A stretch of 64,000 nucleotides of DNA from Podospora anserina (lineage: Eukaryota): contig CM030336.1 in the NCBI GenBank assembly GCA_017654855.1, positions 1,488,001-1,552,000 on the forward strand, given 5' to 3'. Under the pieces are notes generated by a model. It was not told the origin of the DNA. It did no database searches and saw nothing but the letters and a program-made list of their open reading frames with translations. Both the position numbers and the translations under genes were made by a program. Positions 12,698 through 25,363 of this stretch are shown here, one piece after another (position 1 is the first letter of the stretch; each line of letters starts with the position of its first letter).

Positions 12698-13329
12698 TGT
12701 TAGCTGGTGAGCCCTGATAGGCCTATAATATAGAACCTATACAGGGTTGCTGTAAAATACAGCAGTGCGCAAGCGGAAGCGGGAGGATACGACGGCAGTG
12801 CCGAAGGAAGGTAAAGCACTGTAATACAGTGAGGTATAAGGAATAAGAATTGCCTTTATTACCCTTGGCCTTGGCCTTTGGCCTTAGCCTTAAGCTTTTG
12901 CCCTTAAGGAAAGAAAGAAAACTATTCTACAGGAGAGAGGAGAGGTCTATATATAGGCCTTCGTAGGCCTACTGTGGGTCCTGTAGGCCCTGGAAGCCCC
13001 TATACTACTTTAGGGTATTTGGTGGGCTTAGGTGGGTCTAGTGTAGACTCACGGAAATCCATAGAACCTTCGGTAGCAGAGGTGCCCTGTAAATCACACT
13101 ATTGTGGCAACTTACTACGTAAGCCTGTAGCCACTTTGGAAGGTTCTAGTATCCATTAACTAAGCCTCAGGCCACAGTAGCCCTGTAAGCCTTCAAGGGT
13201 CCCTTGTAAAGAATATTCTAAAGGGATCCAAGCCGGGAAGTTCCATTACTGCTTATAGCAGTACTGCCCACTGTAATATCAATCTGTAGGGCAGTAAGTA
13301 GGGCACTTAGTAGTACCCACACATTAACA
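12698..13329. mobile_element. LTR of a second retrotransposon family (~630 bp)
   Basis: TGTTA...TAACA inverted termini, TATA-like and TTGGCC repeats. Interrupts the pogo ORF; no matching TSD. Confidence 0.6.
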
Positions 13330-16300
13330 ATTATAAAGTATAGGTCTATATAGATTATAAAAACCTATAATATTTTACTATTACGAAGGTCCTTAACGTA
13401 CGGTAAACGTAATAATTAAAGTTTCTTTCGGAATTTAATTTTTAAATTAACTATAAAAAAAGTTCGGAGAACGCTAAAGTAAACGTATTTAACTAGCGAG
13501 CCGACTACTATAAGGATATACCTAGGAAGTTACTACTATTACTTAAAAAGATTTTAGAGGGCACTTTTAAGTATTTACTTTAGCCGTAAATAGATTATTA
13601 CGTAATATATTATAAATAAACCACTTCTAGTAATAAATATTAAAGAAACTTAAATAATAATATTATAGAATAATATTAGTAAAAAAAATTAGAGCTATAA
13701 AGTATTTAAAAAGATAGTTAGGAAAAACTATAGTATAAAAATCGAATATATATAATATTAAGTAATAAAAAGATACTAATAATAAAGATTTATAAATTAA
13801 AATTCGGAAGATATATAAGTATCGTAAAAACTAAAAAAAAAATTAAGTAGTACTTTAATTAACTAAAAATTAAAAACGACGTTAAAGAAGTTATTTAATT
13901 ATACTATACGTACGAGAAAACGAAGGTTACGAAGTATAAGCTTTACGGATTTCTAAAATTATTATTAATAACGAAACGACTATAAAATTTAATTATAATA
14001 AACTTTATTATTAAATTACTAAAGTTAAAAAATATAGTAATTAACGTTAAATATAATAATATATTAACGGTAATTAATAAGTTTATTAAATAAATATATT
14101 TTTTACTTTAGAAGGAAACCTAGTCGGTAAAGTAATTAACGGATATAGTATTACGGTATATTATATTAATATATATATAATTAAAAAATTTTATTACGGA
14201 CCGCGATACTAAATTTATATCGAAATTTTAAAGAGCGTTAATAACAAAACTCGGGATAATAAATAAAGCGTTATCGGTTTATTACTTTTAAACGGACGGT
14301 TAAACGGAACGGTTTAATTAAATTATAAAATAGTATTTACGGAATTATATTAATTTTAAATAAAATAATTAAATTAAATTATTATTTACGGTATAGTTAA
14401 TATATAATATATTATTAATAAAAATAATTAAAATTATACTATTCTTTATAAATTTTAAATATAAAGTAAACCTACGGTAAGGACCTAACGTTAAGGTACT
14501 TAGGGTTAAGATTAAAGTAAATAAACTATATATATTTTACGGTAAATTTAAATAAAAATTAAAGTTTATAAAGGAAAGGATACGGAAATACTATAATATT
14601 AAAAGGTTCGAGGGACCTCGCTTTAAGAGGGGGGATATAATATTCTTTTCTATACGTAATTTATGTATTAAAAGACCTAATAAGAAGCTAAATTATAGGA
14701 GAGTAAGTTTATTTAAAGTTAAAAGGAAAATCTTAAAAACAGTATTCGAATTAAAACTACCTAGTATAATATATCTACGGTTATATACTTTTTATATTTT
14801 ACTTTTAAAACCCGTACTACTAATAAATAAAGCTAATATGTAAATAGTAACGGAGGACGAAAAAAAATATAATATAGAAAAAATATTAGATTTACGGTTT
14901 AATAGAAACTAATTAAAGTATTTAATTAATTAATTAAAATATCCGGCTATAAATAACTCGTAGAAGTTAAAAATAAATTTTAATTACTTAAATAAATAAA
15001 AAGAATTTTATTAATAATATTTAAACCGATTAAAACTTAAGTAAAAATCGAACTTATATTTTCGACGTAACGGTCGACGTACTATATACTATACTACTAA
15101 GTTAATAAGTATAAAGGAATTTAGGTTTAATTAATACTGTACGTTTCTACTACCGTAAATCGAAAAAGTATTACCGGTAATAAAAAGGGAGATCTATACC
15201 TAAATTTATAGAAAAATATTTATAAATTTAAATACGGAAAAACTTTAACGGAAATCGAATCCGTACCTTCGATATAAATAATTAATATACTACGTATTAT
15301 ATTATAAAGTTAAAAAGTATAAAGGGGATTAAATATAAATAGCGTTACGCGCCTTATTTATTTTAGAAAGAGGAAAGCGCGTTACCGATAATATCTTACG
15401 CGGTAAGGAAAGAAAGACCGGCCACACTAAGGTTAAGGGATAGGTCGTCCGGTAAAAACTAACTAAAATAGTTTAATATATTAAAAGTTTAATTAAGGGA
15501 AGAGGCTAAAGGAGGATTAGCAGTAAAAAAAACCTATACTTTTTCCCGCTCTAGATCCTTAATTAACCGCTCCTCGCGAGCGGTAAAGCGACGGAATTTA
15601 ATAATTAAAGTACGGCGCTAAGTATCTACTCGCAAGAGTTTCGAAGTAGCCTATAATATAGCCTTACAAGCCTATTACTCTTCGGCGTCTAGCTTCTCCT
15701 TCTAACGACGTAGGGAGGCTATTAAGGCGGGAGTAAAACTTAAAATATTATAGTTGGAGCGGCCGGAATAAATATAATAATTATATTTGGAGGAGCGTTC
15801 GAAAATACAGTAATCGGAGATATTAAAGGCCTCGCAGGAAGAATAAGGAAGTATTTCGTTATTAAAAATAAAAATAATAATTATAAAATTTTAATAATAA
15901 AGGATATTAAAAAAACTTTTTAATATAGATTTCTTAACGTAATTAAATATTACGGAAGGATAGTAATAAGGGAGGAAAACTTACTTAAGGTTATCGATAA
16001 GAGAAATAAATAAGCTAGACTATCGGGGCGTTAGTTTAAGAGGGGGAGTATCGTATTATAACCCTAATATAGGACGGGTTATAGGGCTACGGGAGTAGGA
16101 GTTAATCGGGAGAATATATAAGAGAGTTAATTATAGTAGAGAACAAGTAATTAATATGTTTAGGGCACTGAGTAGACTAAGTAGAGATAATTAGTATACT
16201 TAAGGTACTAAGTAGATTAAGTAGAAGTGATTAGTAGTCTTAGGAAATTAATTATAGTTTAGTACGAGGTCTATATATACGGAGAAACTAGCTGGTGTAG

Positions 16301-16469
16301 ATAGATAGTTCCGCAGTATACAATAATAAGTTATAATTGTGGTATCTTAGCTATTATGATCGAAATAAGCTATTTGTTATGCACTATTTAGCTGCACCGA
16401 ATTAGGATTATTTAGAAGTTACTTTTAATTAATATCCCTTTTAGAGGTTCTGGATAGGGGTTCGTTATA
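13330..16469 (+). mobile_element. Heavily RIP-mutated Ty3/gypsy 3' half: end of pol (RNase H/integrase/chromodomain region), PPT and 3' LTR
   Basis: Extreme TpA enrichment. Integrase relics (ITDRDTKFISKF, QTDGQTER-like AAACGGACGGTTAAACGGAACGG). PPT AAGAGGGGGAG at ~16038-16048. LTR 16054-16469 (TATTATA...TTCGTTATA = RIPed TGTCACA...TTCGTCACA). Confidence 0.85.
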
Positions 16470-17063
16470 TCTTAACCTTACGGCCCGGTACTTTATAACT
16501 TTAAGTATTTTAAATACTATAAAACCCTTAAGAAGTTAATTTATAATTAATATTTATTAAAACTTATATTACTAACTATTAAAATAATTTCCCGACTTTA
16601 ATATTAATTATAGTAAACTAGTTTACTAGGAATATAACGGCTATAATATACTAGGTGGCTCTCTTTTATGTAAAGAACGCTTTACTTCGTAAAGCTAACG
16701 AGGCTTTAAGTAAGCGCCGGAGAGCTAAGAAAATACGGATGTAGCTTAAAGGATTACTTACTATGTAAAATGCATAAGGTTTATTGGACCAGAAGGCCGT
16801 AAGTAATAAGGGAGTATAGAAAACGTAGCTAAATAATAGTAGTGTAAGGGGGGGCGTACGAAGGTTCGGTGCTGTGGTATATGTAGTAAGTTTGGCTATA
16901 ATACACGCACTTGTTAGGAGGCTGTAGAATCATCCGATTTAGCTATTTCTAATGTAATTGTAGTTAATTCCTAATATTGGTATGTTATAATTGAGGGTAA
17001 TTGCAGTAGGGTAGTGAAAAGTGGATCACTCGCTTATATAGCTCACTCGCTTATAATGTACGT

Positions 17064-17167
17064 TATATATATAGACCTGGGGACTGTGGACCGTGAGCTC
17101 CGCTTACTTCTCGGGTCCAGCCCTCGTAGATCTATCCGTTTCCCACCTTCTACCCAAAACCGTGACA
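17064..17167 (-). mobile_element. Second part of the LTR that starts at 12000
   Basis: TATATATATAGACC continues the LTR motif and the segment ends in CGTGACA. Confidence 0.8.
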
Positions 17168-19312
17168 TTTTATAATAATAATTACTAATATAAAACAAAT
17201 TATAGGTTTCGTTTTATAAATTAATTAGAACAAAAATGAATAAATATATATTATTTAAAGATAAAAGCTAACTTTTATTTACAATATTAATCCACAACAA
17301 TATAAGAAGGCATTTTATTTAAAAAAAAGTTTATTAGAATGTGACGAACTCCTGTACAGAACCTCTGAAAGGGATACGGGTTGAAGGTAACTTCTGACAA
17401 TTGGTTCGGTGCAGCTAAACAGTGCACAACAAGATGTCTCAATGTAAACACAAGATACCGTGAATACAAGCTGTGATTGCATACTGCGGAACTGTCTATC
17501 TACACCAGCCAGTTCCTCCGTATATATATAGACCTCAATCCTCCAGGTACCTCCGTACCTGGCTCACCTCGATCACCAAGCGCTCCTGGTGATCCATCCT
17601 GGCTCACCTCGCTCACCCAGCGCTCCTGGCGAGCCGGCTCACCTCTGCCAAGAGGTGAGCGCCCCACTGTCCTGCAGCCCCGCTGTTATCTGTTACTTGA
17701 CTGGTCACCACGGCCTGCTGCAGTCCCCACTCTGCCTTGCTATATGGTTGGTCTGTGACATAGAACTATAAAATTATTTATTAAAGTCTTTATTGGTAGA
17801 GAAACTAATGAATAATTCAAGACAGTGATAATAATATTTAGTAAAAAGTAAACAATAAAGTTTTGTTAAATAGATTTTGGAGCTAAGTTTTAGTAATTTG
17901 TTGATATTAATATTATGAATCTAAAATATAAAATTCAAAAATTCGATTTGAAAGATAATAATATAAAATAGTATTTTAAAAAATTAAAGCTCTAAATGAA
18001 ACTTAAATAGGTTTTTTATGTATTTATTATTACACCGATTGTTAGGTAATTTAAATAATTCGAAAAAACATTTACTTTACAGTCATTAAATTTTTTATTT
18101 TTACTTTTTATTTAAAATTATTTTAACAAAGTAATATCAGCGATTATATTAAATATTAAGATTAATAGTAGAGAAGAATTCTTTTTAATTACTATATTAA
18201 TACTTACATAAATCTTAAATTATTCAATTGACGTTCACGAAATTATTAATTTCATTTTTGATACTTAAACGGAAGGTCTATTAATAAGATAAAGTTATTA
18301 GTTTAGATAAGGCTCTGGCTCTAGTTCTGAAAGCAAGCACAGGCTAAGTCACATGACTAGGTCCTGCCGTTCACCCGCTCTACTCAGGGTGTGGGTCCTG
18401 CACTTCTTCAAGTAGGATGCTTGCTCTCCTTAACTCTACTAATTTTATCATCTTTTTACACACTTTTACTGCCACTCCTAACGTTAAGCAACATATTTTA
18501 ACAATTTGCCGAAATTATTTAAGATAGTTATTAAAGAGTTTCTTAATAATTATATTATCTTGGAAATTATTATCATGATTATTTTGAAATATATAAAGGT
18601 ATAAAACTAATTATAATTATAACAATCAAAATATTAACTTAGAATTCTTATATTATATAGTTTTATATTTAGTAAGCCTAATAGTAATTTAAAAATTAGC
18701 TCAAATTATAGCAGGTAAAGTAAATCAAACTACACTTTCGGTAATTTTCAATTGTTAAAAATCTTTTTTATTAAGTTCATTATTTTGATAGTTTTTTTAT
18801 TTACTTTTATTTAATTTATAAGTTTTTGATTTAATAGCAAGTTTATAAAATTAAAAGTACTATAAATAATCTATTCTGCTTTAGGAAATATTATAATTAT
18901 TTAATTTTGTGACTTTTTTTAAATTCTGATTTTATTTTAAGTTATGTAAAGTTAGTAAGTTAATTAATTTCTAATTATTTGAAAAATTATTTGGAGAGTT
19001 ATTTGGAGAGTTTTCAAGATAAGTTTATAGCGAAAATAATTTGAATATATTTAAGTTAAAGTAAATATTTTTTTAAGAATTTAGTTAATTAAAGTTTAAA
19101 ATATGTGAGCTTTTTTTTGGAAAAAGTTTTAGGTCAATTTAGTTATTGAATTGTTTTGGGGATACGATTATAAGTTTGAAGGTTTAGAATGAATGGATTT
19201 AGAAGGATTTTCGGCTTCCTCGAGCGACTTATATCCGGTGGTGGCCGAAATTTCGACTAAGATGGCAATGTTGCCCCAAGGGGTGTTTCCAGGATAAAGT
19301 CGGATCACACTG
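17168..19312. mobile_element. AT-rich RIP-degraded repeat tract, possibly a hAT-like DNA transposon
   Basis: Very low GC and no ORFs. The right boundary reads CAGTGTGATCCGACTTTATCC on the minus strand, a CAG-starting TIR-like end; no partner TIR found. GC-richer island at ~18310-18490. Confidence 0.55.
17340..17760 (-). mobile_element. Intact solo LTR (crapaud-like) with a 5-bp target-site duplication
   Basis: TAGAA|TGTGACGAAC...CTGTGACA|TAGAA, with little RIP damage. Confidence 0.92.
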
Positions 19313-19701
19313 GACTACCTAAAGCGGCAGAATTGGCCTAAGAAGTGGAAGGTCACAGACGCTCAGTAAGCACCATGGCCACTGGCCGCCCGGGACACGA
19401 ACTGACCTGCAGGCACATGCCTTTCCAGGTAGCATTTTCCCACAAAGTGAGTAAGGCGTATCATTAGCTTCTCATCATCACCCATACCGTTACCAATGTG
19501 ACGTCGTATACTGGTGACACCAACGAGGCTTTACTCGTATCGAAAACAGCGTCCTGCGCCATCATGAGATGTCATTCTCATCGATTCCCGCTATAAAGGT
19601 GAAGGCATGACATGCAAACGATCCAACTCACCATCATCACAGATCAGACCGACACAATCTTGTCTTCGAACTTATCCGACAAACCCCCGAGAATTGCAAC
19701 C

Positions 19702-20466
19702 ATGCACTCGTACCTCCTCCTTGCCAGCCTTCTAGGCCTCGCCTCGGCCGCGCCCACCTCATCTACTGACATTCCAAGACAATGGACCCCTCAGGAGCCA
19801 GGCTACATCCCTCGTCATTCCGGCGCCCGTGGCTTCCGTCTCCGCGTCAACGTCACCGACCCCTCCCTTGACCTTACTCCCCCCGTGCACAACCTTTTTC
19901 TTTCCACCGCCCACATCGGCCCGGCCCAGAACCGCGCCATAGTTAGCTATTCCGGTCCCATTTTCTACCAAAACGGTAGCTACTCCGACATTGCCAATTA
20001 CCGTGCTGGTATTCTCACCGATGCGGGCCCGCCCGAGTCACCCTTCCCGGAAGCCATCCAGTACCAACAAGGCAGCGATGACACCAAGGGCAGCGAGCTC
20101 TTCATCAATGCTGGCACTCCTGGTGCTGGTACCGCGATCAGCAAGCTGACAATGCCCTACTCCACCTTGCAAATTTTGGAGGGTGCTCCGATTGTGAAAT
20201 CGTTTATCGTTTGCGGGAACACGACGATTCCTTACTATGGGGAGAGCAGGAAGTTTGAGGTGGTGAACTGGCTTGGGGCAACTAGGGACTCGACTGGCAC
20301 ACATTTGAGGGTGCCTGAGGGCTGTGTTGCTGTCAATCTGGTGCCGGAATGCGCGTATGAGTTTCTGGATTTACCTGAGGGCGCGGCGTATGACAGGACG
20401 TTTGTGAATGATGTGCGGTGCTATGAGAGTGTTGCTGCTATTGATTGGAGCAAATATGCTTACTGA
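19702..20466 (+). CDS. Secreted protein of unknown function (254 aa)
   Basis: Signal peptide MHSYLLLASLLGLASAAP, an intronless ORF with coding-like codon usage, four Cys and a C-terminal VRCYESVAAIDW. Confidence 0.8.
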   Translation: MHSYLLLASLLGLASAAPTSSTDIPRQWTPQEPGYIPRHSGARGFRLRVNVTDPSLDLTPPVHNLFLSTAHIGPAQNRAIVSYSGPIFYQNGSYSDIANYRAGILTDAGPPESPFPEAIQYQQGSDDTKGSELFINAGTPGAGTAISKLTMPYSTLQILEGAPIVKSFIVCGNTTIPYYGESRKFEVVNWLGATRDSTGTHLRVPEGCVAVNLVPECAYEFLDLPEGAAYDRTFVNDVRCYESVAAIDWSKYAY

Positions 20467-21099
20467 GTTGAGGTTCAGGAGAGATTGGGGTGAAGAACAT
20501 TGGGAAAGAAGGAACATTGGGTTGTAGACGTTGGGGCCTTAGGGTGGAAGTAATGTCCTGTAATAATTGATTTGATTGGATTTTGTTGAGCTTTTGCTTT
20601 TTGAAGTTGCTTTGTTGTTGTTTATGTTATTTTGCTGGTCTTGTAAGGCTGAGGTTTGGGCTTGTCACTGTAGCTTTGCTGTGCTTGGATGTTTGTTGTT
20701 GTGTTTGGCTGTTTGCTGTTGTGCTTTATTGCAACGCAGCCACTGGAGAATCAAGCTGACGGCGGCGGCATGTGGTGGTGATGGCATCAAGGGGGAAACG
20801 ACAATGTAAATTGGGACAAGGTACAGGGCTAGAGCCACTAATCATGTGGCCCGTTGCAATATTGGAAGGGGGTTCAAGGTCACAGAAATTCCCAAACTCT
20901 GGTTGAATAAGGCACTTGAAAAGGTCGCAGCAATATTCGACACAAACACACTAATGGACCACAAAGACGGGAAGGGATAAGAGTGGAAGTATTCGTCGGA
21001 AGGGGAACTTCAGAGGTGCACCCGGTGTGGAAACGAACAAGCAAAGGGGTGGAGTGGGACAAAAAGAATCGAGTTGACACGAGACGGGACTCGAACTCA

Positions 21100-23220
21100 C
21101 GACGTCTACCCGGTCGGCCGTGGTCCTGTCGCGATCTTGCTCTACGGATGATGATGAAGGGGATGAGGTTCCAACGATGTCAGGTCAAACACCAGCAGCA
21201 ACAGATGACGAAACACCAAGAATTGGTTGGGAATGGCAAAAAGAGGACCAACGGAAGAGCTGTACAGAATTCGAACCTGTGCCTTCAGAATCTTTGGGTG
21301 CTGACATAGAGCCCACTTGAGCTCACCGACCACCAACCTACCAGCAAGGGATAGACAGGGAGAAAGAAAAGCCCGCAGAAACTGCCGTGCTGACCGCTAC
21401 ACCACCAGGGAATCTCTTCTCTGTCCAACGGTCACTTGATACTGGCTGCTCCGGAAACAATCGCTAAACCGGTCGGCGAATGAGCTTCTGCTGAGCATTG
21501 AGAAATGGATCCTCGGCATGGTCACGATCATGGAAGGAACGCTAGCAAGATGTTGGACTGTGCCCGATGGACTCCTGGATGGCCTGTTGGCTGTAGAGGA
21601 TGCAAGCCTGGAATCATGGGGGACAACAATGCCCAAACAGAGGAGATACTGTTATAGAATAATATCCCGGTTAAGGTTTATTTTCCGATTCACGTAGGAG
21701 GCGGTAAAGTTAAATGGGATACAGAAAGAGATACGAGGGAGTTCGGACAATTCCGGTTGATATTTTGCACGCTTTATAGGAGAAGTCTGGAGGGTTTGGG
21801 AGGTATAAGACGTCGTTGTAGCAGATGCCAGGTATCCTGCGGCTTGCAACCCATCTCTGAAACCCCCGGCCAGCCTTCAAAACATCATGGCGTATCAACT
21901 GTCAGCCTACGCCAGGCATCTTCTGAAAGGACAGCGTGCAGTTGCAGGCATTGTTAGAGCTCGTCTACCTTACCGTCAGGAACATCTGTTTATGACTAGC
22001 CTTGGCAACCCCTGAGGCTTGACTATGGGCGCAGTGAACCGCTTCTCGAGAGTCAAGGAGAAACATAAATACTGGAACCCCGTCTCTTTTACCTATGGGC
22101 AACACGGTGGTATCTGTAACCGCAAAAGTGACCATCGGAAACTGCAAGGTGAACACCGCGCGACCCCTGGCCCCTGCAGCAAGGCTCCCCAAACATATTT
22201 TGAACAGCTCCAAGTACCCTGAAAAGTACCTGTAATTGTTATGTTGGGACCGCCAAGAATGACCATTATCCAATATGAGGTCTAAAGAGCAGGAGATACC
22301 AATGTTGTGGCACTCTCTTCAGGTGTAGTTCCCAACAAAACACTCACAGCTGGGCCCTTTTCTCGTATCGTCAACCAAAACAACGAGCTCATTCGCAGCT
22401 TGGGCCTGGCTCCAAAACTATGGGTTTATTCGGAGTTCGCATCGCCAATCTAAATTGGCTCAAGTGCGACCTCCAAATAGGTAACAAAACAAAACATCAC
22501 CCTCCTTCCTCTATCCCAATCCCCTGTGCCCATCTTCACTTTCGCCAGCAGCGCCATGACAAACTCTATCTTTGTACGACATTGTTTTCACAACCCTTAG
22601 CATGAAACAAGCACCCTAAGTCTGGACCCAGCCGTCTAGCCTGCCAGGCAACAAAATAATCATGCCGGCCCAGCACCGTCACTAAATCGTTAATACCTTA
22701 CCAGAACTTTTCCCCTCTCACCACTCGATTCCCTAATGGGCCTTCTCTGTCCTATCAAGTATGTTAGGGTGCAGATCGGGACACATTTTGCCAAGGCCGT
22801 GGGTCGGGAGTACTTGCAAAATAGCCACAACTCCCTTGACTATGAGCTGAACGACTTAGACGCAGCCGACGAAGGGGATCAGACCTTGGATTTCATGTAC
22901 GGCCATGACACAAGCACAGCTATCAAGTACTACGCTTTGTTGGAAGCCGCAAGATAACGATCTTCAGAGTTTGCTTAATTGTCGAAGGAGATCCTGATGG
23001 AAGCAGATTGTCTTTTCTTGGATCCCGGCATACAAACCGACTGGCATCACCTTCAGCCACCCAAGGAACTATTGGTTTGTGATGCAGGAGCTATTCAAGT
23101 GACTGGCGATGTTAGCCACTCCTCCGACTCAACTCTTAGCTCGACACCTGATTCCGACGTGTAGATGGAGGATATCTTCGGATACTCATTTGGCAACTTT
23201 TTCTTGAAGAGGTAGCGGGA
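21100..23220 (+). pseudogene. Highly degenerate ORF relic with tyrosine-recombinase-like motifs
   Basis: Ordered fragments LQALLELVYLT (~21940), RRNI...GNTVVSVTAK (~22060) and THFAKAVGREYL...LDFMYGHDTSTAIKYYA (22780-22935), with many stops and frameshifts. Confidence 0.35.
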
Positions 23221-24859
23221 ACTAGCTCTTTCCCATTGCCGGGGGATTTAGCGTCCGCACACGAGCCTGAATTTCGACAAGGGGTGGTCTCAGTGGTATA
23301 ATCAGTATAGTCGCGGCAGCGGGGCTCTGCATATGCATTACTTGGTTGAGTCTGCTAGCAGCGTTGCTTCGAATCACATTGCTGTCAAAAACCACAATAA
23401 CAAAAACAAAATTGATAGTCGTCTTGGACCCCTTCACTTGCTCCCCATAGTTCCGCTGCCGCGGAAGGTCGCGGTGCAAATCCGGGCTGGGCCACCCCTT
23501 GTCTTTTGCTTCTTTGACTGTTAGTGGGCTTTGTTTTTTTTGACGAAGTTATTGTTGGTATTGTTGGTTGGGGAGGTCGTGAGTTTATGGTGTTGTGGTT
23601 TTCTTAAATATGGGAGTGCCAGACTGGAAGCCCCATTATCTTTCCATTTATTCAAAGCTATCCGTTTGCCTGTCCTTTTGCTTATCCTTTTCCTTTTGTT
23701 TATAATAATAATAATGAAATTAGAAAATCAAAAACACCAGGAAACCCTGGGCACGCAAGATAAAATTCTTCAGCAGTGGCCCTGCCCACTGCACCAAAAC
23801 AAAAAACTAAGCTTAATAACGGGAGGCTTGCTGTGACAAGGGCTGCAATATCAGGGCTTGGAACTCATGGTTCAATTCAGGCTAATAATCTTCAATGGCC
23901 TCGAAGAGCGTGATACTGAAAGTGAAGAAGGAAATACAGTCTTGATGATCCTGAACGCGTATTTTATCTTCCCTCGCGTGGCCCGTGCCCTTGTTGGCCT
24001 CAGGCCATCGCCAAGTCCTCCAATATCCTTCTGGGCCAGTGGGCTTTCTTTGATAACCGCCTTGCCTCTGATTGTCTGCCTCACTCTTGACGAGAGGCTC
24101 ACGACGTGCAGCTTCCCCTCCTTAAGGTGATATTTGGCGTTGTTGTTGGTCATGGTTGTTGGTGGTTGGTGGTCGGCATTTGCCGTGTGACACTTGCAAA
24201 GCCCCGAACGAGGGTGGTGTTTTTTTAATACCCTCAAGAGGGCACTTTCTTTTGTTTACCACCAGGATAGAAGAGTTTCCTCAGAATATAGCCTGCTGGT
24301 TTTGAGTGTAGCTTGACATTGCCTGGGTACATAGCAGCCGGGTGGGAGACCACAGACAACCCCTTACTCTTCGCCTATCTTCCATTTTGCCAGATCTCTT
24401 TTGCTGATTGGCTGGCACCATCGAGTTCAAAAACATGTGAGATATGTCTGACAACCCAGACATCTCTCTGCTGTTTATGGATAATGAAGTGGAGTTATTG
24501 ATTACCCCTATTTTGGTCGCCATTGTTACAGTCAGTATCACCGTGCATGTCTCTACCAGCCTGAATGCTATTCAAAAAAAGCTCATTTCCAAATAGGTCT
24601 CTTGGTGGTGTGGCCATTGAGGTCCTCGCAAAAGCAACAGACAGACAGAAAGAGTGAAATCAACCCATCTGCCCAGTGTGAGTGGGACTTAATTCTTAAC
24701 GTGAAAACTCTGCTCCAGGCTACACGTGACGCACGGCTGCGCTTGTTGACATCACGAACCTCGTCGGCTATCCTCGGCTACATCGCTCCTTCCCCAACAG
24801 CAGCCAACTCTCTACCGTCCGATATATACCAGGCTTTTGTGTCTAATATTCAACAAGGA

Positions 24860-25016
24860 GCTCCAGTGGCCGCCTGGTATGGAGCGACGCGCAGCAGAGT
24901 TGCCAGTTTCTGTAGACCCTTTTCCGTCTTCGCCACTGGTTACGGCACTCATGTATATGGGACCTGTCTGCACTCGAGATCCTGGTTCGAACCCAGGGCT
25001 GGGCTCCTTGCTTTTT
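24860..25016 (+). ncRNA. tRNA-like Pol III element (tRNA pseudogene or SINE-like)
   Basis: A-box-like TGGCCGCCTGG (24867), perfect T-arm CCTGG-TTCGAAC-CCAGG with a B-box (24981-24997) and a T5 run at 25012. No canonical cloverleaf. Confidence 0.4.
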
Positions 25017-25363
25017 GTTTTTCGTCACTTTTTTCTTTTCTTCAGCCATGCTGACCACTGCCAGTCTCATTCTTTTCTTGAGTAGAGATCTCGTGTCTCT
25101 TCAATGAAAACTTATTGCCTGCAAAGTATTTTCTTTCACGTAAACCAAGACTTGTGGGCGAATAGCAACTTAAATTTATCTAGCAATGAAAACACAGAAT
25201 GTGGTAAACAAAAAGACGAAAAAAGAAAAGTCTCCAACGACCACCGTCACCACCAAACAACCCACCGACTGCCTACCCAGACTCCCACGCAACCAACACC
25301 TCAACTCAAAACAACAAAAACAAAAAAAAAACAAATTCACAAGTTCGGTACACAGCCCAACCC

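Larger units (their letters stand above)
12190..17063 (+). mobile_element. pogo/Fot1 transposon with both TIRs, RIP-mutated, internally deleted and carrying nested retroelements
   Basis: TA|ACGTACATTATAAGCGAGTGAGC ... GCTCACTCGCTTATAATGTACGT|TA. Transposase HTH N-terminus at 12289-12697 with stops; C-terminal end at ~16670-16975. Confidence 0.9.

Noticed and set aside
20576-20809. Hydrophobic Cys/Leu-rich 77-aa ORF
   Set aside because: Arises from TG/TTG low-complexity sequence and has a non-ATG start.
21075-21125. B-box-like GAGTTCGAGTCC on the minus strand, suggesting a tRNA
   Set aside because: The T-stem does not pair and no D or anticodon arm is present.
20550-24850. Starship/Spok-block element
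   Set aside because: No recognisable DUF3435 captain, Spok gene or terminal repeats; only weak recombinase-like fragments.
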